Part shown: piece after piece, positions 38,564-49,528 of the stretch
Layout of the letters: each line of letters opens with the position of its first letter
How positions within the stretch are numbered: position 1 is the stretch's first letter
Source of the DNA: a virus
Taxonomy: Duplodnaviria; Caudoviricetes
DNA length: 64,000 bases
Direction: 5' to 3' (one strand)
IMG/VR virus record: IMGVR_UViG_3300046513_000235
Location: 994 to 64,993 of that record
Notes under the pieces: generated by a model
The model's database searches: none
What the model was told of the DNA's origin: nothing
Seen by the model: only the letters and a program-made list of their open reading frames with translations
Made by a program: the position numbers and the translations under genes

Positions 38564-38942
38564 TACTAATTCCTCCTTAAGTTGATCTCTACTATACTTA
38601 TATTATAACACACATCTTCAGAAATGGCAACACCCGGGTGATAAGATTATTTCACAGGACTACCCAGATGGTTATGACGTCTGGAGACTTTGAGAATATC
38701 CTCTACCTCACCACTTTTAACACCAAGCAACGCCGGCCCATCTCCGCGGACCAGTTGTGGTTGGCATTAAAACGCAGTCTATCGACCTATGCAGCGCCCA
38801 TGTACAGCTCCTATAAAACGCTTGGCATTGAACCCAGTACAGAGCCTATAAAACGCCCACCATCGAGCCCGTGACCCGGAGGCCGCTTCGCTGAGCCAAT
38901 CTGGACATAGTTGCTAGACATGAAATAAAATCTTATGAAATG

Positions 38943-38980
38943 GTGCAATTGAGAGTCTCTCTGGATATTATATAAATATA
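38943..38980 (+). promoter_or_regulatory. Phage-motif promoter
   Basis: GTGCAATTG-N13-ATATTATATAAATATA. Confidence 0.65.
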
Positions 38981-39002
38981 AACGCCATAAGGAGGACTTA
39001 TA

Positions 39003-39440
39003 ATGGGAAAACAACCACAAGTAGTAAAGTCGGAGGATGTTAGTCGGTATCAGGGCTTTTGGATCTGTGATAATGGCACAATAATTGAGCGTTCTACTGG
39101 GAAGATTATGCCCATCTATGAAAACGGGGGAATTCGCCTGCTTTGTGAGGATGGCTTAGTACGTAATACACAAGCTCATCGACTTATTGCGGCAGCGCAC
39201 GTGGATAATCCTGACGGATACAAATATGTTGGCTTTAAGGACGGCGATTCTACCAACCGTAATGCGGATAACTTGTTCTGGATCAAAACGTACAAGCAAA
39301 TCAGTCAAACTACGCAGGATATCCTATCTTTATACCGTTCGGGTTGGTCTACCGTTGAATTAGCCCGTAAGTTTGTCAAAACTCCGCAGTACATCAATCG
39401 GCTCCTTAAGGATTTCCGTAAAAACGACTCCTCGCTTTAA
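39003..39440 (+). CDS. Degenerate HNH-like protein with C-terminal HTH
   Basis: HRLIAAAHVDNP..VGFKDGDSTNRNADNLFW (first His replaced by F). Confidence 0.7.
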   Translation: MGKQPQVVKSEDVSRYQGFWICDNGTIIERSTGKIMPIYENGGIRLLCEDGLVRNTQAHRLIAAAHVDNPDGYKYVGFKDGDSTNRNADNLFWIKTYKQISQTTQDILSLYRSGWSTVELARKFVKTPQYINRLLKDFRKNDSSL

Positions 39441-39879
39441 TTTCCTTCCTTTCAGAGGCTCTATGAACCCTATTTCAGGATCCCAAAAGTGTCTCCCCGT
39501 TGATATATATAGGGAAATTCAATGGGTTCATAGAGATTTACCAAAATTCCAATCCTTCAATGCCCGCCCCAAGCTTATTATATATATATAGCGCGGACGG
39601 GGTGTCAAGCGGTACGGTTCTCAATAGATAGGGTTCTGTATAGTTACGGTATCTATAGTCGGGATGAGTGTAGGGCCTCGTGTTTGTTAGCTATATACTC
39701 CAATAGACACTCTCGTCTTATTTAGTCCTTCTATATACCTAGTTTAAAACACTGAAATAATGAAATATTGAAAAGTACTATATATATCAACGTGGAGATA
39801 CGTTCAGTTTCCTATACTAAACAAATGCACATCTTGAAATCCTGAATCAGAGCTACCTACTTACGCCCGATCAAAAGCA

Positions 39880-39925
39880 AAAAGAAACCGACCTATCAAC
39901 AAATAAATCGTTGGTAAGTCGGTTT
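39880..39925 (-). terminator. Intrinsic terminator
   Basis: AAACCGAC..CAAC/GTTG..GTCGGTTT stem; T-rich tail on the - strand. Confidence 0.6.
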
Positions 39926-39956
39926 GTAATTGCCCTATAAAACCAAAGCAATTGAG

Positions 39957-40583
39957 TTATAGGTCGCGCAAGACATTTCTGCGGTCAAGTAAGTCATCTG
40001 GCTCTGTACCGCTTTGCGGACTGTTGCTGACGGAAGACTCGTCTACACTTGTGTAATAAAGTTTGCCATCAATGTAAAGAGACTTAACAACAGAATCGTC
40101 AGCTATTACCTCCAGAATGCGATCAGCTGGAAAATTAAATGCACCTCGACGGATACCATATAGAAGCTGTTCCGCCACATAGATACGATCGTCGTTGTCG
40201 TCATATTCAGCAAGCTCATTGACTAACCATTTAATGACATTACTAGTTACGAGTGCGGTAGTTGCAGCCTCCAGACGATACAGATTTGATACAGTGCCAC
40301 GAGGTTGCCAGTCTGCCAACGTAGCAGGTAGGTCTGACGAGAAACAGAAGTCAGTTACCCTGACGGCAGGTGACTTAACCAATTCGAGGTCGTCATTGTA
40401 GATACGCTGGAAATAGTCGGCCTTGTCGATGAAATTGCTCCTAGGATTGATCTGCAATTCAGGTTCCGCTCCGTCTATCGATATTGCAATGATTACGTGT
40501 GTGATGTCCGGTCTTGCAGGTGAGCGTAAGGCTGAAACAAGTGCTTGTTTGGATACCTCGTGATTAAATCTGATCGATGTCAT
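39957..40583 (-). CDS. Hypothetical phage protein
   Basis: AAGGAGG RBS, 208 aa. Confidence 0.65.
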   Translation of the reverse strand: MTSIRFNHEVSKQALVSALRSPARPDITHVIIAISIDGAEPELQINPRSNFIDKADYFQRIYNDDLELVKSPAVRVTDFCFSSDLPATLADWQPRGTVSNLYRLEAATTALVTSNVIKWLVNELAEYDDNDDRIYVAEQLLYGIRRGAFNFPADRILEVIADDSVVKSLYIDGKLYYTSVDESSVSNSPQSGTEPDDLLDRRNVLRDL

Positions 40584-41034
40584 TGGTGTTACCCTCCTTG
40601 GGATGGATTGAACTTTCGATACCTGGGTACTTGTCCTCGTCCGTGAGCTTTTCGCAATTGATTACAGTGAACTCCGGGCCTAGCTTCATAATGACATTGA
40701 ACTTGTCCCACACCATGATCTTGAATGTGCTTTTGTTAAGCTTGGAGTTATACGTCTTCAGTGCTTGCGCTGCCTCTTCAGTGGTCTTGTACTTAGTTGC
40801 CTCAGCATAATTGGGAACTACTTGCATTGAATAGTAACCATTCCCTGCAGAAGCACTACTCCGCCGCGTTTTAAGATAGAGACCGCTTACCTTGTCCCTC
40901 ACTACGTAACGATACCGATCATTAGGACCCGTACCAGGGTTGGGTTGTTTAGGTAGCGAAGCATTCCGATCCCTGCGCGTTGGTTCGGCAGAGTCACTGT
41001 CTCTGTTCCATGCAAACTTCTTGGCTTTTGCCAT
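40564..41034 (-). CDS. Hypothetical protein
   Basis: AGGAGG RBS before MAKAKK. Confidence 0.65.
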   Translation of the reverse strand: MAKAKKFAWNRDSDSAEPTRRDRNASLPKQPNPGTGPNDRYRYVVRDKVSGLYLKTRRSSASAGNGYYSMQVVPNYAEATKYKTTEEAAQALKTYNSKLNKSTFKIMVWDKFNVIMKLGPEFTVINCEKLTDEDKYPGIESSIHPKEGNTNDIDQI

Positions 41035-41239
41035 GCTAATGCCTCCTGTCGTAATAGAATGCAATAATCACTACCAAGACGATCAGTAGCCATGTGCTAT
41101 TGGATATCATCCTCCGCGCCTCCTAGACCCAATTGAAATTGTTCATGAACTAATGCCAGAGGCACCAGATAGAGCGGCTACGACCGCGAGTAATGCATGC
41201 TTCGCAGCCAACCCACACCTGGTACGTCGCTCTTAGGTA

Positions 41240-41542
41240 TTAAGCCCAGGTGTTCTGGTATTGGGATGCCAAAGCTGCTTTCCGTTTGTTCCACTTCACC
41301 TTAGTGGCTTCTCCGCCACGCAGATGCATGATTGCTTTATGCATTTCCATGATACTTTCGACTTGACCAGCCAGTAGCGGATTAATGGTAGGTAAGAGTT
41401 CACGCATATCCTTGTGCACCGTTGAACTACTTACATTGAAATGGTAACCGGCCTGTCTTACTGTGCACCGTGTAGCTATGATGTGCTTTGCTACTGCAAG
41501 TGTCCGATCATGTCGTACCTGTGCTGCTTTAATCTTCTTCAT
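41240..41542 (-). CDS. spoIIID: SpoIIID-like sporulation transcription factor
   Basis: TVRQAG..FNVSSSTVHKDM.E.LP.INP.LA..V....HLRGGEATK. Confidence 0.9.
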   Translation of the reverse strand: MKKIKAAQVRHDRTLAVAKHIIATRCTVRQAGYHFNVSSSTVHKDMRELLPTINPLLAGQVESIMEMHKAIMHLRGGEATKVKWNKRKAALASQYQNTWA

Positions 41543-41553
41543 GAGTATCCCTC

Positions 41554-42183
41554 CTAATATGGCAAGTCGTCGTGTAGCTTAGTCAGTCCCATTTGAGACT
41601 GTGTAAGGCCTTCCTTGCAAGTACAGAAAGACTTCACAATTTTAGGCTCATTCTTTGCAGGATCGCCATAGCGACCTAATTTACCTGTGTCTTCACATTT
41701 ATAGCAGTCATAGGCAGGAGTTGCCACGACCTTATAGGTAACGGTTACTATCCGTTCGAGGCCCAGTCGCTTTAGAGCAAATTCCTGCTGCGCTGAAGGG
41801 AGGCATTCAAAGTCACCCTGATGCCACTCTAATAGGTACCCAACAGATTCGTCTTTTTTGGCTAAGGCCTGCAGCCGCGAGTCAAACTCCTCCTGCGTGA
41901 TGAACTCCTCGGTTGGTTTCAAGGCTTCTGTAGTCGCTTGGAAAGCTTCCCGCTGCTTGTATTCTTTGAGGAAGGTACTAACCATGATGTCGAACTTATC
42001 TTCGTAACTCAAGTGCTCATCATTGTTCGATGAGTGTACCAAGAACCAACGACCGGTAGCCTCTTCTTTTGCCCGGAGAATCTCCCAGGCGCCTTTAGGC
42101 GGATAAAGTATTAAGCCGTTAAGTTCCAGCCAGCGCTCAAGTGGCTCAAGATGTACTCTATGCAGTTTCCCTCTAATTGCCAT
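41554..42183 (-). CDS. Hypothetical protein with C-terminal Zn ribbon
   Basis: CYKCEDTG..FCTC. Confidence 0.6.
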   Translation of the reverse strand: MAIRGKLHRVHLEPLERWLELNGLILYPPKGAWEILRAKEEATGRWFLVHSSNNDEHLSYEDKFDIMVSTFLKEYKQREAFQATTEALKPTEEFITQEEFDSRLQALAKKDESVGYLLEWHQGDFECLPSAQQEFALKRLGLERIVTVTYKVVATPAYDCYKCEDTGKLGRYGDPAKNEPKIVKSFCTCKEGLTQSQMGLTKLHDDLPY

Positions 42184-42331
42184 TGTCTTCATCCTTTCTG
42201 ATATCTTCGCAGTAACCCCACTCCGCAAAGAGTATTGCTAATAAAAAATCTCTAACCGTACTTTCATCCTCACACTGAAATCCTTCAAGAAGCTCTTTAT
42301 CACCTTCTTGAATGTATCTACATTCAAGCAT
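42173..42331 (-). pseudogene. Possible truncated GNAT acetyltransferase N-terminus
   Basis: D..LLEGFQCED...VRDFL resembles GNAT toxin starts but ends after ~52 aa. Confidence 0.35.
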
Positions 42332-42338
42332 TAAGATC

Positions 42339-42884
42339 CTACTTCCTTTTCTCCTTGAATTCACGCATCATTTCACGCATACGATCCATACCGACACTTT
42401 CGGTCTTTTTAATTTGAGAAGCATAATTCTCAAATTTTTGTGCCTCTTGCTCGGTATAGAAGGTGGCTCTAGTTGGACGAATCGGCTTAATTTGTGTTAC
42501 TGCCATATCGTTCTCCTCCTTGTTTTCAGTCATTACGTACACCTCCAATGTTATACTTGGTAAGAGTGTACGCCAGAATGAAAAACCATATACCTTCTTG
42601 ACCATCGCCCTGTGGCGTGTTTTCGTAAATGTATCCTTACTGATGCAGGGTTCCATTTGATTGTACACCCCGTAATCATAAGGCACACTACGTTGCATGT
42701 ACTTGCGTGTGATAAGATCTTTTTCTGTGTCCGTTAACTGCTCCAGAGCTTCCACGACATTGGCAGCAAAGTCCTCAGGAAGAGCAGCTATGAAGCGTCT
42801 CTCCCTGTATCTTTCAAGGATAGGCTCCACCAAAGAAAGTAATCTCTTTGATGAAACCTTAGGCAGTGTGGGTAACTCTTCCAT
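42339..42884 (-). CDS. ArpU-like regulator read in frame into a small separately initiated ORF (42339..42506)
   Basis: ALEQL...EKDLITRKYM..DYGVY..ISKDTF.K.R; internal AAGGAGG RBS before MAVTQ. Confidence 0.55.
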   Translation of the reverse strand: MEELPTLPKVSSKRLLSLVEPILERYRERRFIAALPEDFAANVVEALEQLTDTEKDLITRKYMQRSVPYDYGVYNQMEPCISKDTFTKTRHRAMVKKVYGFSFWRTLLPSITLEVYVMTENKEENDMAVTQIKPIRPTRATFYTEQEAQKFENYASQIKKTESVGMDRMREMMREFKEKRK

Positions 42885-42893
42885 GTGCTCCTC

Positions 42894-43881
42894 CTACTGA
42901 GACAGGATCAGCACATCATCAGACTGTCTCGGACTTAATAAGATAGGCAATCCTTCGAACTTAATAGTCAGCGTGCAGACATCCTGTTCAATCCGGCTGC
43001 GAAATCCAGGGTGAGAGTTAAGTGCCATCCAAGCAGGGTCGTTAAGATGTATTTCAGCGGGTATGCCACCAGCCTCCTTAACAGCTTCTACCATTTTGTG
43101 CATATATGTGAAGATGTCCATTACAGCTCACTCAATCCTAGCTTCGCCAGGAAAGCCTCTGCCAGGTCTTTCGCCATAACATCTTCGAAAGTCTTCACTT
43201 CCGCATCGTCAAAGAACAAAGGACCATTACGTTTGAGGATATTTACCATAATAGCCAGGCAACCCTCATATGTCGTATTAGGACTTTTACGTTCCATTTG
43301 ATCTGCCAGTTCTTCCATCTTGTTCCATTGTGCGGCATTAGCACCATAGGCATCGGCAGTAGCGCGCAGCCGATCAACTGAGGCATTACCGAAAGGTTTA
43401 TCCATCATCGATTTGAAAGTTGCGAAGGTATGCCGCATCTTGTCCAGATTTTGCAAGACCTCTTCCTTAGCGGGCGAATTCTTACGATACGTAAAGAGGA
43501 CATTATCGGTATAACCGGCCTCACTGATAACCATCTGAGAAACCAATTGATCCTCCGATAGAGTGGCAAGGAATTTGTTAATGGCTGTTGTGTCGGTACC
43601 TGCGAAGATTTCAACTTGTAACATAGTAGTTCTCCTCCAATAATATGATCTATTTAAGTGCGATTGATGCGTACAGCCTTAGTATTGGATAATGCAATAA
43701 GGGCAGTAGACTTAGCTTGTAGTGCTGCGATGTAACGGTCATCCAATACAGCTCCACGCTCGGTTAGATGTCTTTCCAGCGCCTTGATGGTAGTATTGCA
43801 GACATCAATGTGATTCAGGATTGTGTCTTCTATGATTCCAGTTTGCACGGATCTCAGCCTCCTTTTCTTGCAAGCCTTCAT
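42894..43881 (-). CDS. Three small hypothetical genes (42894-43121, 43121-43624, 43654-43881)
   Basis: Coupled ORFs with RBSs. Confidence 0.55.
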
Positions 43882-44158
43882 ACAGGCTTATCTCCTGCAT
43901 GAGTTCGTCAAACCACTCCCGGTCCTTGGTCGCCAAAGCAAGATCCAGTGCCGCGTATAAGAAGTCATATGCTATATAAGTAGGCAGGCCAACTACTTGA
44001 TTATTATTGAAGAATATAGGCGTTTCCCTACGAGGCTGAATACTCTGCATGCAAACATCTCCTTCAGGACCTTGAGGCAGTGCTAAAATCCAACCACTAA
44101 AAATCATACCCTTCGGAGTTTCTGCATTTACCCAATCGCCGATCTCAAATAATGGCAC
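43805..44158 (-). CDS. IDEAL-domain protein
   Basis: FEIGDWV N-terminus; ALDLALATKDREWFDEL. Confidence 0.7.
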   Translation of the reverse strand: MPLFEIGDWVNAETPKGMIFSGWILALPQGPEGDVCMQSIQPRRETPIFFNNNQVVGLPTYIAYDFLYAALDLALATKDREWFDELMQEISLYEGLQEKEAEIRANWNHRRHNPESH

Positions 44159-44198
44159 AATAATCACCTCCACTACGAATAGGGTCTAAGCCCAGGAA

Positions 44199-46810
44199 TT
44201 AATCCCAGGCTGAGTCACCCTGCAACTCCATACCACGACGCGTGAACTCTCCTATCGTAGCATCCTTTACTTCTTCTTCAGTCATAGTAGCTAGTATCCG
44301 AGCATTCTCTTCCAGTGTAGCATCAGGAAATGCTTGACCCAAATGCAACAAGCAGAATACAAAGAAATGTACATGTGTCTCACGATAAGGTGCATCGTCA
44401 TAAGTCAACGATTCAACCTCCGCCAAATCCCCATCGGCATCCTCTGGTACTGCAATACCAGCTTGTTCTGCAAATTCCGTAAGCATCCCAGGAAAGAATC
44501 GAGCAATTGCCATAAAGTATACCTCCATAGTTTAGTAAGGTCTAAGCGATCGCGGAATTCGAATTGAATGCTCCGCGACCACCCCCTGGTACGACTCAGT
44601 ACACGTTACGTGTGCCTGTTTCATCGGTAACATGAATTTGTACGTAAGACATGTCATCACCACTGTGGGTAATCGCTAACACGTCACCGTCTTCAAATTC
44701 AATGTCAATTTCATTAGTACGGGCATCGGTACATCTTGCTTCCTTTACTACCTTACCTTTTAGTAAGTTCAGGAAATCTACCATATCCATATGTTCCAAC
44801 ATCTAGTCATCCCTCCTATCCAGGAACAGATATACATTGCGTTGACGTTCATCCTTACGCCGTTGCCGTGTTTCAAAGCCTTTTTTAGTGTAATGCCCGA
44901 CAGCAACAAGAAACAATAATCCTACGAGGATACTCATGCGTACCACTGATGAAGTGGATCAGGTATAAAAGTTATTGATTGACGCCAATCATACCCTCCA
45001 CGCATTACATGATATTCATCCCGATGCATTACTTCTTCTTCAGAATCAATAAGCCAACCTCCAGGAACCTTAGCGCGGTAATAGCAACCACGCGTAGAGT
45101 TTAAAGGCTCCCAAATAAGTTCAGGTGTTTTTTGGCCTTCTTTATCTTCCATAGTACCTCCTATTTCAATTTGTGACTTTCCGGTTTGATGTGTAATGTG
45201 GCATAGTAAGTCTTACCACAGCATTTACATCTAAGACGGTTCGTAGATCTGCTAGGTGTCCAACGGTGGCCATGTTTCTTACATCTTGCTTTCCTGGCTG
45301 CGTGACGTACAATTAGGAAAGCTATGAACACAGCCAGGGTAAGCAACGAAGTCATTGGCTGTCGTTATATTTCAGTACTACTTGTTCTACGATGGTCGTC
45401 ACTGGTGTATCCGTTTCAAACGTATGCCCACATCTGTTGCAAGTTAATTTGAAGCTATCATGGGCGAATAAGTCGGTGTTACCACAAGCAGCACAACAAA
45501 TACCTATTGGTTTACTCGGTTTAAAAGGCTCTTCTTCTGTCATAATCTGAAACCTAGCCATTGTTTGATGCCCCCTGTCTGAAAGCTGATGTAAAGTTAA
45601 CTCTGCGATAGCGTAACTCATTTTCCAACATTTCGAGATATTCACTTAACTCATCACGTTGTACTTCATAATCCCGCTTATGTGAGCTAATCCAGCGAGC
45701 ACGTAAGCTCTTATGAATTTCTAACACCGACTGTAGTGAAGCCTTTGCCAGTTCTTGCTTTCTTTCGATATCGTGTACCTGAAAGCTGGCCAGATCATCT
45801 TCGCATAAAGCATAAAGTTCGCTAAGAGGTTCCCTAAATGCCTTGACAAGAAGCAGACGTTCTTTCAAGTCCCTGGTGCCATTGTTATCTGACAGGTTAT
45901 TACGTTGTAGCATACTCTGCTTACGCTGTAGTTGACCATTAAGTCCCATTGCTGTAGCAGCATACAGATTAACTACTTTGAACAGATTAGCTGGCGTCTT
46001 GCCATGCTTTTCAAGGTATCGTTCACAAGTACGTATAGAAGCTAGCGTAGAGCTAACGGTACTAAAGTCCAAGTTAACTCGTGCCTGCTGCCATGAGTAG
46101 ACGTACAACGAACGTTTCTTGATACTCATTGTCATCTTATCACCTCCACAGTTTATTCGCTTTATATTAATATAATATTCAAACTTATTTTGAAATGAAC
46201 TAATTACGAAGAAAGTTTTTCAGCTGAATTTTGTTCCATTACGTAGCGCCGTATGGCTACTAACACAACTTCCTTGTGCTTGAACCGGACATCCACACGT
46301 TCAGTAGCCATTACCTCCATGAATTGCTCGAAGGTAAGGCTCTGCAACCAGCAGAACGTATCGGCCATTTCATTAAGTTGTTCCTCTGTTATCACCATAA
46401 TACTTTTTCTCCTTTTGAGTCATACCCCTCACATAAGGCTTAGTAGGTGGTGGGGTAACTCCATATTGTGTGGCCAGGGTCAGTAATTCTGTGTTACTCA
46501 TTTGATACGGGTCTTTGATGAAAGTAGCCTGCACGATTTTCAAGTTAGTAATTAATTCAATGCGCCACCGTTGTGCGTTCTTACACTTACCCATTTAAAT
46601 CAGCTCCTAATACTTTTTGCGTTGTCTGGGTGCTTCTTGCGTTTGTAGTACGGCCATTACGGCACGATACGGTATATGATACCGTTTCGAATACCAATTG
46701 ATAAATTCTCTGTCGGTCATATTATTGTAAATCTGCCGACACTCACGAATACTCTGTTTATACGTTTCCTGCGTAGTAGCCATTAACATCACCCTCCAAA
46801 TTGTCTCCAA
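44199..46810 (-). CDS. Cluster of about ten small hypothetical genes
   Basis: Consecutive short ORFs with GGAGG-type RBSs, including a Zn ribbon (45352-45543) and a 193-aa ORF (45554-46135). Confidence 0.55.
46163..46202 (-). promoter_or_regulatory. Phage-motif promoter
   Basis: TAGTTCATTTC-N13-ATATTATATTAATATA. Confidence 0.7.
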
Positions 46811-46892
46811 AAGTAGCTAAAAAAGAAGGAGCATTCCTAAAAATGCCTGGCCATCGCATTCTTATGAAATACTCCTAGTGTATGTTATGATA

Positions 46893-49511
46893 TCATTTAG
46901 CTTGGTCGCGTACTTGAGTTAGATCAATTAGAGGGGCTCCTGTTGTTGCGTTCCCTGATGTATGTCCATCTGCTAGATCAATCTCTTGTAGTTTGTCAGC
47001 AGCATATTTGCGAATACTCTCTGTGAACTTACCATGATGTGCCTCATTTAAGAGGTATTCTAAGAAGCCTGTATTCGTTATGTTCAAGCGCAAGCCTATC
47101 CAACATTCCGTCATTACTTTATTGACGTGTAATGTGTGGGTGGTTCTTGCCTTGGATAACTTGTGCTTCTTCTCGAGGTATCTGGATAGGTGTTCTACCT
47201 TCTTTTGGACGGAAGATTCACGGAAGCCTATCCATTGGTCAAAGATGTAATTGATGAAACTAGAAGGCGTACCGCAACGAACGATCTTACCATCAGTCGC
47301 TACAGATTCTAAATCGAATGTCTCGAGGCAGTTCGTAAAGAAGTCTGCGGTAATATCATTCTCCTGCGTGTATGCCAGCTTTTTCGCATTGGCCGTTAAT
47401 GAATCGCTGAATGCTTGATTAACGACTAAACGTCTGAGACCTTCAAGGGACCAATTAAAGATTCCTGAATATTCAGCCCTAAGCTGCTCCATGATCTCAA
47501 ATTTAGGGGTGACACTTCCGGTAAAGTCCTGTTCGAAGGGTACCATGAGCATGCGCCGTAACCAGCCTTCTGATTTATCACCAGTCTTGATGTCATGATT
47601 GGACGCGAAAATAAACTTGGCAGTATTGTTGAATGTGATGGGTGACTGATTTTTGACGTCAGCGATAATACGTCCTCCAGAGACAAGGTTTTTGAAGTCA
47701 TCAGCGGCCCCACCACGAAGATACTCTGAACCTGCTTCGTTAACGATGTTGAGTACTTTTCCGACCAGCGACGAAGATCCAAAGCGGCTAAATAGCGTTC
47801 GCATATTAATCGAATCGACAACGTCATATCCAAGTAGCCCCTGTATGGTCTCGAGGAATAATGACTTACCGTTGGCTCCTTCACCTTGGATAACAAGGGC
47901 CTTTTCAAAGCCCATGTAAGGTATAAGGGCATAACCAATGAACTCTTGAAGGATAAGCCGAGCACCTTCATCGGGCAACCACTCCTTTAATCTTAACTCC
48001 CACATAGGAGATTTGGCTGTTGGATCGTATTGAACCGGTAGCACATAAGTTAGATGTGTCTCGGGATCCCAAGAATGCACTTCCCCCGATTTCCAATCCA
48101 ATAACTTGCCTCCAGCCAAGGGAATGTACTGAAACTGTGCTATAGTCTGCGTATCCAGGTTGCGGGAATTGACCTTCCAATACCGCTCTTGAGAACGCAA
48201 CTCCACTACTAGGGCATTCGCGACATCCTTGTAATGTCGAATGGTTGTCCATGCCGGATTACCTCCATACTTCTCATTTCCTAAAGCATCACGGATATAC
48301 ACTTGGAAAGAACCATTACGAGTATCAATAGGCTCCCAAGGGCCGTGCGTCTTTTGGGTCATCCATACTACAGGATGCTCTGGATCGACTTTGACTACAT
48401 AACCTTTAGATTCCATTAAGTTAAGAACTACCTGAGCAATTTCCCCTGGAGCAAAGATGGGAGCTTTGTCGTCGCCGCCCTTCCCTTTCTTGTACTTAGA
48501 GGATTTAATTGCTTCAGATTCCCAAAAATGGTTCACCTTAGATTCAATAGCAAAATCATCTAGTGGGGGATCACAATAAGCCAAGTTATGACTCTTAGCC
48601 ATATGCATGATGTAATCCTTACCTGCACTACGGAAATTAGCACAGAAGCTACCAATAATTCGAGTCATCTGATTGTCACGATTACCCGAAGTGATCTTCT
48701 GTGTTAGCTCACTCTCGTCTACCTTACCATCATCCGTCTGTTGTTTAACCTCTTTGCCAGTATACTCAACATTCGGTGGTTTAATATCCAGGTCAATGCT
48801 TTCGTAGTCCGAGAACTCACTAGCCATTGTTTCCTTAGATACGATGATAGGTTTAACGTCTGCGAACTCTTCCAAGGATGCAGGAGCAGACCCCCCTGGT
48901 GCTGGGCTCTTAGGTTGATCTAGTCTAACTAGATCCAATAACCACTTAGGAGCCGGTGCACAATCGATATCCTCCGGAGAACAACCAACTTCCCAAGTAT
49001 AAAGACGTCCTGAATGATGTGTGGAAGGTGGCATTACTGTTTGTTGTCCTTCACAGAGGATTGAGCACTCCTCATGCACTCCCTCACCCGGATTAACGAA
49101 TTTCTTCGTTGGTAAGCCTACCGGGAAAGTGTATAACAATCTCCGACCAGCTCCTGTAGAGAATTCCCAGGTATCCGGAATGTCCCCTCCGGATATTTCC
49201 TCCAGCATATCCTCACCAGCATACCCGTCAATGTCAATACCTACATATCCGGAATTAGTGCCTAATGGAAGACCTACATTGAAGTTAGGGAATTCTTTTG
49301 TCCAAGAACGAACCTGGTCCATAGTGGTTACTTGCTGTGTTCGCCACCCTTTAATAAGGGGAATCTTACCGGCTTGCTTGCATGTCGAAGTGTGCTTAGC
49401 AGAGTATCCCTTATGGTCGTGGGAGCATAAAGGTATGATCGGTAAGCCCATGTCAACATACATTTGCAAGGCCGTAAGAACGTTTTCACGATCTTTTTTG
49501 GTGTCGCTCAC
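46893..49511 (-). CDS. Bifunctional primase-polymerase / PriCT / D5-like SF3 helicase
   Basis: GKIP..W, NVG..G, IDID, STGAG, PPSTH; GNRDN; GEGANGKS, NE, FASN. Confidence 0.92.
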   Translation of the reverse strand: MSDTKKDRENVLTALQMYVDMGLPIIPLCSHDHKGYSAKHTSTCKQAGKIPLIKGWRTQQVTTMDQVRSWTKEFPNFNVGLPLGTNSGYVGIDIDGYAGEDMLEEISGGDIPDTWEFSTGAGRRLLYTFPVGLPTKKFVNPGEGVHEECSILCEGQQTVMPPSTHHSGRLYTWEVGCSPEDIDCAPAPKWLLDLVRLDQPKSPAPGGSAPASLEEFADVKPIIVSKETMASEFSDYESIDLDIKPPNVEYTGKEVKQQTDDGKVDESELTQKITSGNRDNQMTRIIGSFCANFRSAGKDYIMHMAKSHNLAYCDPPLDDFAIESKVNHFWESEAIKSSKYKKGKGGDDKAPIFAPGEIAQVVLNLMESKGYVVKVDPEHPVVWMTQKTHGPWEPIDTRNGSFQVYIRDALGNEKYGGNPAWTTIRHYKDVANALVVELRSQERYWKVNSRNLDTQTIAQFQYIPLAGGKLLDWKSGEVHSWDPETHLTYVLPVQYDPTAKSPMWELRLKEWLPDEGARLILQEFIGYALIPYMGFEKALVIQGEGANGKSLFLETIQGLLGYDVVDSINMRTLFSRFGSSSLVGKVLNIVNEAGSEYLRGGAADDFKNLVSGGRIIADVKNQSPITFNNTAKFIFASNHDIKTGDKSEGWLRRMLMVPFEQDFTGSVTPKFEIMEQLRAEYSGIFNWSLEGLRRLVVNQAFSDSLTANAKKLAYTQENDITADFFTNCLETFDLESVATDGKIVRCGTPSSFINYIFDQWIGFRESSVQKKVEHLSRYLEKKHKLSKARTTHTLHVNKVMTECWIGLRLNITNTGFLEYLLNEAHHGKFTESIRKYAADKLQEIDLADGHTSGNATTGAPLIDLTQVRDQAK

Positions 49512-49528
49512 CCTGCATCAAACTCCCT

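Larger units (their letters stand above)
36788..38855 (+). repeat. Three intergenic C-rich cassettes: AAGCA-N5-GGCCCATCTCC plus (C)CTAT(T)AAAAC(G) boxes
   Basis: GGCCCATCTCC at 36798, 37937, 38735; boxes at 36825, 36861, 37953, 38007, 38765, 38810, 38845. Confidence 0.8.

Noticed and set aside
36788-38855. Repeat cassettes as a CRISPR array
   Set aside because: Repeats are short, irregularly spaced and separated by genes
16963-41047. Identical 18-mer AGGAGGCATTAGCATGGC (- strand) at 16963 and 41030
   Set aside because: Mostly RBS plus ATG-GC; only two copies, plausibly convergent
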